A program made the position numbers and the translations under genes. Source: Sphyrna mokarran (taxonomy: Eukaryota). From it: a DNA stretch of 64,000 nucleotides. The notes below the pieces were generated by a model. That model had not been told where the DNA came from, ran no database searches, and saw only the letters and a program-made list of their open reading frames with translations. The DNA lies in NCBI GenBank assembly GCA_024679065.1, contig JAGIQG010000014.1, positions 6,386,001 to 6,450,000 on the forward strand, in the 5' to 3' direction. The stretch's first letter is position 1. Each line of letters opens with the position of its first letter. Below, in pieces: positions 62,086-64,000 of this stretch.

Positions 62086-62159
62086 CGGCACCGCTGAGAT
62101 TTGAACTCAGGATGCCCCGATTACTAGGCAAGCGCTTTGACTAACTAAACAATTTGCAG
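62086..62159 (-). pseudogene. tRNA-Thr(AGT) pseudogene
   Basis: tttagttagtcaaagcgcttgcctAGTaatcggggcatcctgagttcaaatctcagcggtgcc; paralogue of 7596-7669. Confidence 0.75.
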
Positions 62160-62432
62160 TTGCCGTTGCGCCGGAAAAGCTTCGGACTGCTTTGAGGTTT
62201 GCATTTATTAATGACACTTATTGCATTGTGAAAACATTCGTGGAATTATAAAATGGTCAGAGATTGGTTTAACGAATTGCAAAATTATTGAATATGCGAT
62301 TTGTCGTAAAATGCGATCCCATCTATTCTCTGTCATTCTTTCCCGTGAAATGTTAAGTAACATCAATCAACCGATTCTGTATTGAAAAAAAACAGAAAAT
62401 GATGAAAAATTTTCTCTTTGGCGACCAGTAAC

Positions 62433-63263
62433 ATAGAACATAGAACACTACAGCGCGGAACATGCTCTTCGGCCCTCGACGTTGCGCCGACCAATTAGGA
62501 AAAAGCAATGACCCTCCAACCTAAACCATTCCCTTTTCGTCCATAAACTTATCTACTAACCTCTTAAACGCCACCAAACGTGGCGCATCTACAACTGCAG
62601 CAGGCAGGGCATTCCATGCCCCAACCACCCTCTGGGTGAAGAACCTACCTCTGATATTCGTCCTATAACTACCTTCCGTTAATTTAAAGCTATGTCCCCT
62701 CCTGCTAGCTTTCTCCATCCTAGGAAAAAGGCTATCACTGTCCACCCTATCTAAACCTCTAATCATCTTATATGTTTCAATAAAGTCTCCTCTTAGCCAC
62801 CTTCTTTCTAACGAAAGCAACCTCAAATCCATCAGCCTCTCTTCATAAGACCTGCCTTCTATACCAGGCAACATCCTGGTAAACCTCCTCGGTAACCTCT
62901 CCAGTGCGTCCACATCTTTCTTATAATGCGGGGACCAGGACTGCGCACAAGACTCCAAGTGCGGCTGCACTAGAGTTTTGTACAGTTGCAACATGACATT
63001 GCGGCTCCGAAATTCAAACCCCCTACCTATAAAAGCTAAGACTCCATATGCCTTCTTAACAACCTTATCGACTTGATTGTCAGCTTTCAGGGATCTGTGC
63101 ACATATACACCAAGATCCCTCTGTTCTTCAACACTATTAAGAGTCCTACCACTAGCCCTATACTCTACACATTTGTTATTCCTGCCAAAGTGAATTACCT
63201 CACACTTTTCCGCATTAAACTCCATTTGCCACCTCTCGGCCCAGCTCTGCACTTGTCCAATTC
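62433..63263 (-). mobile_element. 5'-truncated young CR1 (ORF2 C-terminus 62521-63260 open), TSD TAAC, inserted antisense into the old CR1 fragment
   Basis: WAERWQMEFNAEKCEVIHFG..RDLGV..LYKTLV.PHLE..FFTQRVVGAWNALP and a (ttctatg)n tail. TAAC at 62429-62432 and 63264-63267. Confidence 0.92.
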
Positions 63264-63489
63264 TAACCAATGAACTCCCATGGGGATCAGTGCTGTGTCC
63301 GCAATTGTTTACAATACATGTTAATAAATCGGAGGTAGGAAGCGAATGCACCACATTGAAATCGATAGATAGCTCATATTTAGGACAAAACGCTGATTGG
63401 GAGAATGATAAAAACATTTTATAACTTAGGTATATTAATGGAGTGGGAAAACATTGGGCAAATATTTTATAACGTAGGAAAATATCAAC

Positions 63490-64000
63490 CATATAGCCTC
63501 AAGAAAATGTTTTGACTATCTCAGTGAATTTGATAAACTTATCCAAGAGCATTTCAAAAGTCATCGGTATTATGCCTTAGGAAGACGAACATTTTATTGT
63601 TGAGGGCCTATGCTAAGTTCACCAGTAGTCTGACAGAGTGATTCAGAAACCATTTCACGAATGAAGTAAAAAATGTTTAAAAAAACATTCCATGTTAGTC
63701 AATTCAACGCGAGATGTGAATCGTGTATGACAAATTAACAATACTTTTGAGCTATGTGGCCAACAACGCTGCAGTGGGATGAAATATTTGGCAGCTACAA
63801 TCCCATATTTTTGATTGCCTGGAGGTAATAATGTTTGGAATTTATTGCAAATTTTGTGGTTTACAGTTTGAAAGTTGGTACTGGTCAGAGCCTTGATGAT
63901 GCCATGGAGACAGGAGGAATCTATCCAGATTTAGAGGGGACTGAACTATGAATTGTTCGTCCCATGTTCCAATTTCTTTTTGACTTGAAACTGCAACACT
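63490..64000 (+). mobile_element. hAT-Tip100-like transposase remnant of the next unit, running off the window
   Basis: CFDYLSEFDKLIQEHFKSH, LVNSTRDV, GQSLDDA. Implies a sixth GPCR unit downstream. Confidence 0.65.

Noticed and set aside
62521-63492. 323-aa ORF as a host gene
   Set aside because: Chance fusion of antisense old-CR1 sequence with the ORF2 C-terminus of a truncated CR1.

Overview
Eukaryotic, vertebrate DNA, most likely a cartilaginous fish (shark or ray), inferred from HE1/V-SINE-like, SacSINE1-like and HER1/CR1-like repeats and from the GPCR type. The window is a head-to-tail tandem array of ~11-16 kb units. Each unit carries one two-exon class A GPCR of the GPR139/GPR142-like group (exon 2 at 459, 16188, 27505, 41607, 55003; exon 1 visible at 38599 and 52035). 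Each unit also carries most of a shared cargo of fossils: a 19-bp minisatellite, a tRNA-Thr(AGT) pseudogene, a decayed hAT-Tip100/ZMYM1-like transposase, old CR1 fragments and SINEs. Copies 4 and 5 look intact. Copy 1 has an intact exon 2 with exon 1 outside the window. Copies 2 and 3 are near-identical pseudogenes (exon 1 and promoter deleted, plus a nonsense codon) inside an ~11.3 kb very recent duplication or assembly duplicate. Most notable: all receptors lack the ECL2 cysteine and differ mainly on the extracellular face; a CR1 LINE has a degenerate V-SINE built into its 3' UTR, and the same 3' module also occurs as separate short insertions; one ~135 bp exon-like block is unusually conserved between units; and several junctions carry templated filler. 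Repeat family names come from motif recognition, not database searches.
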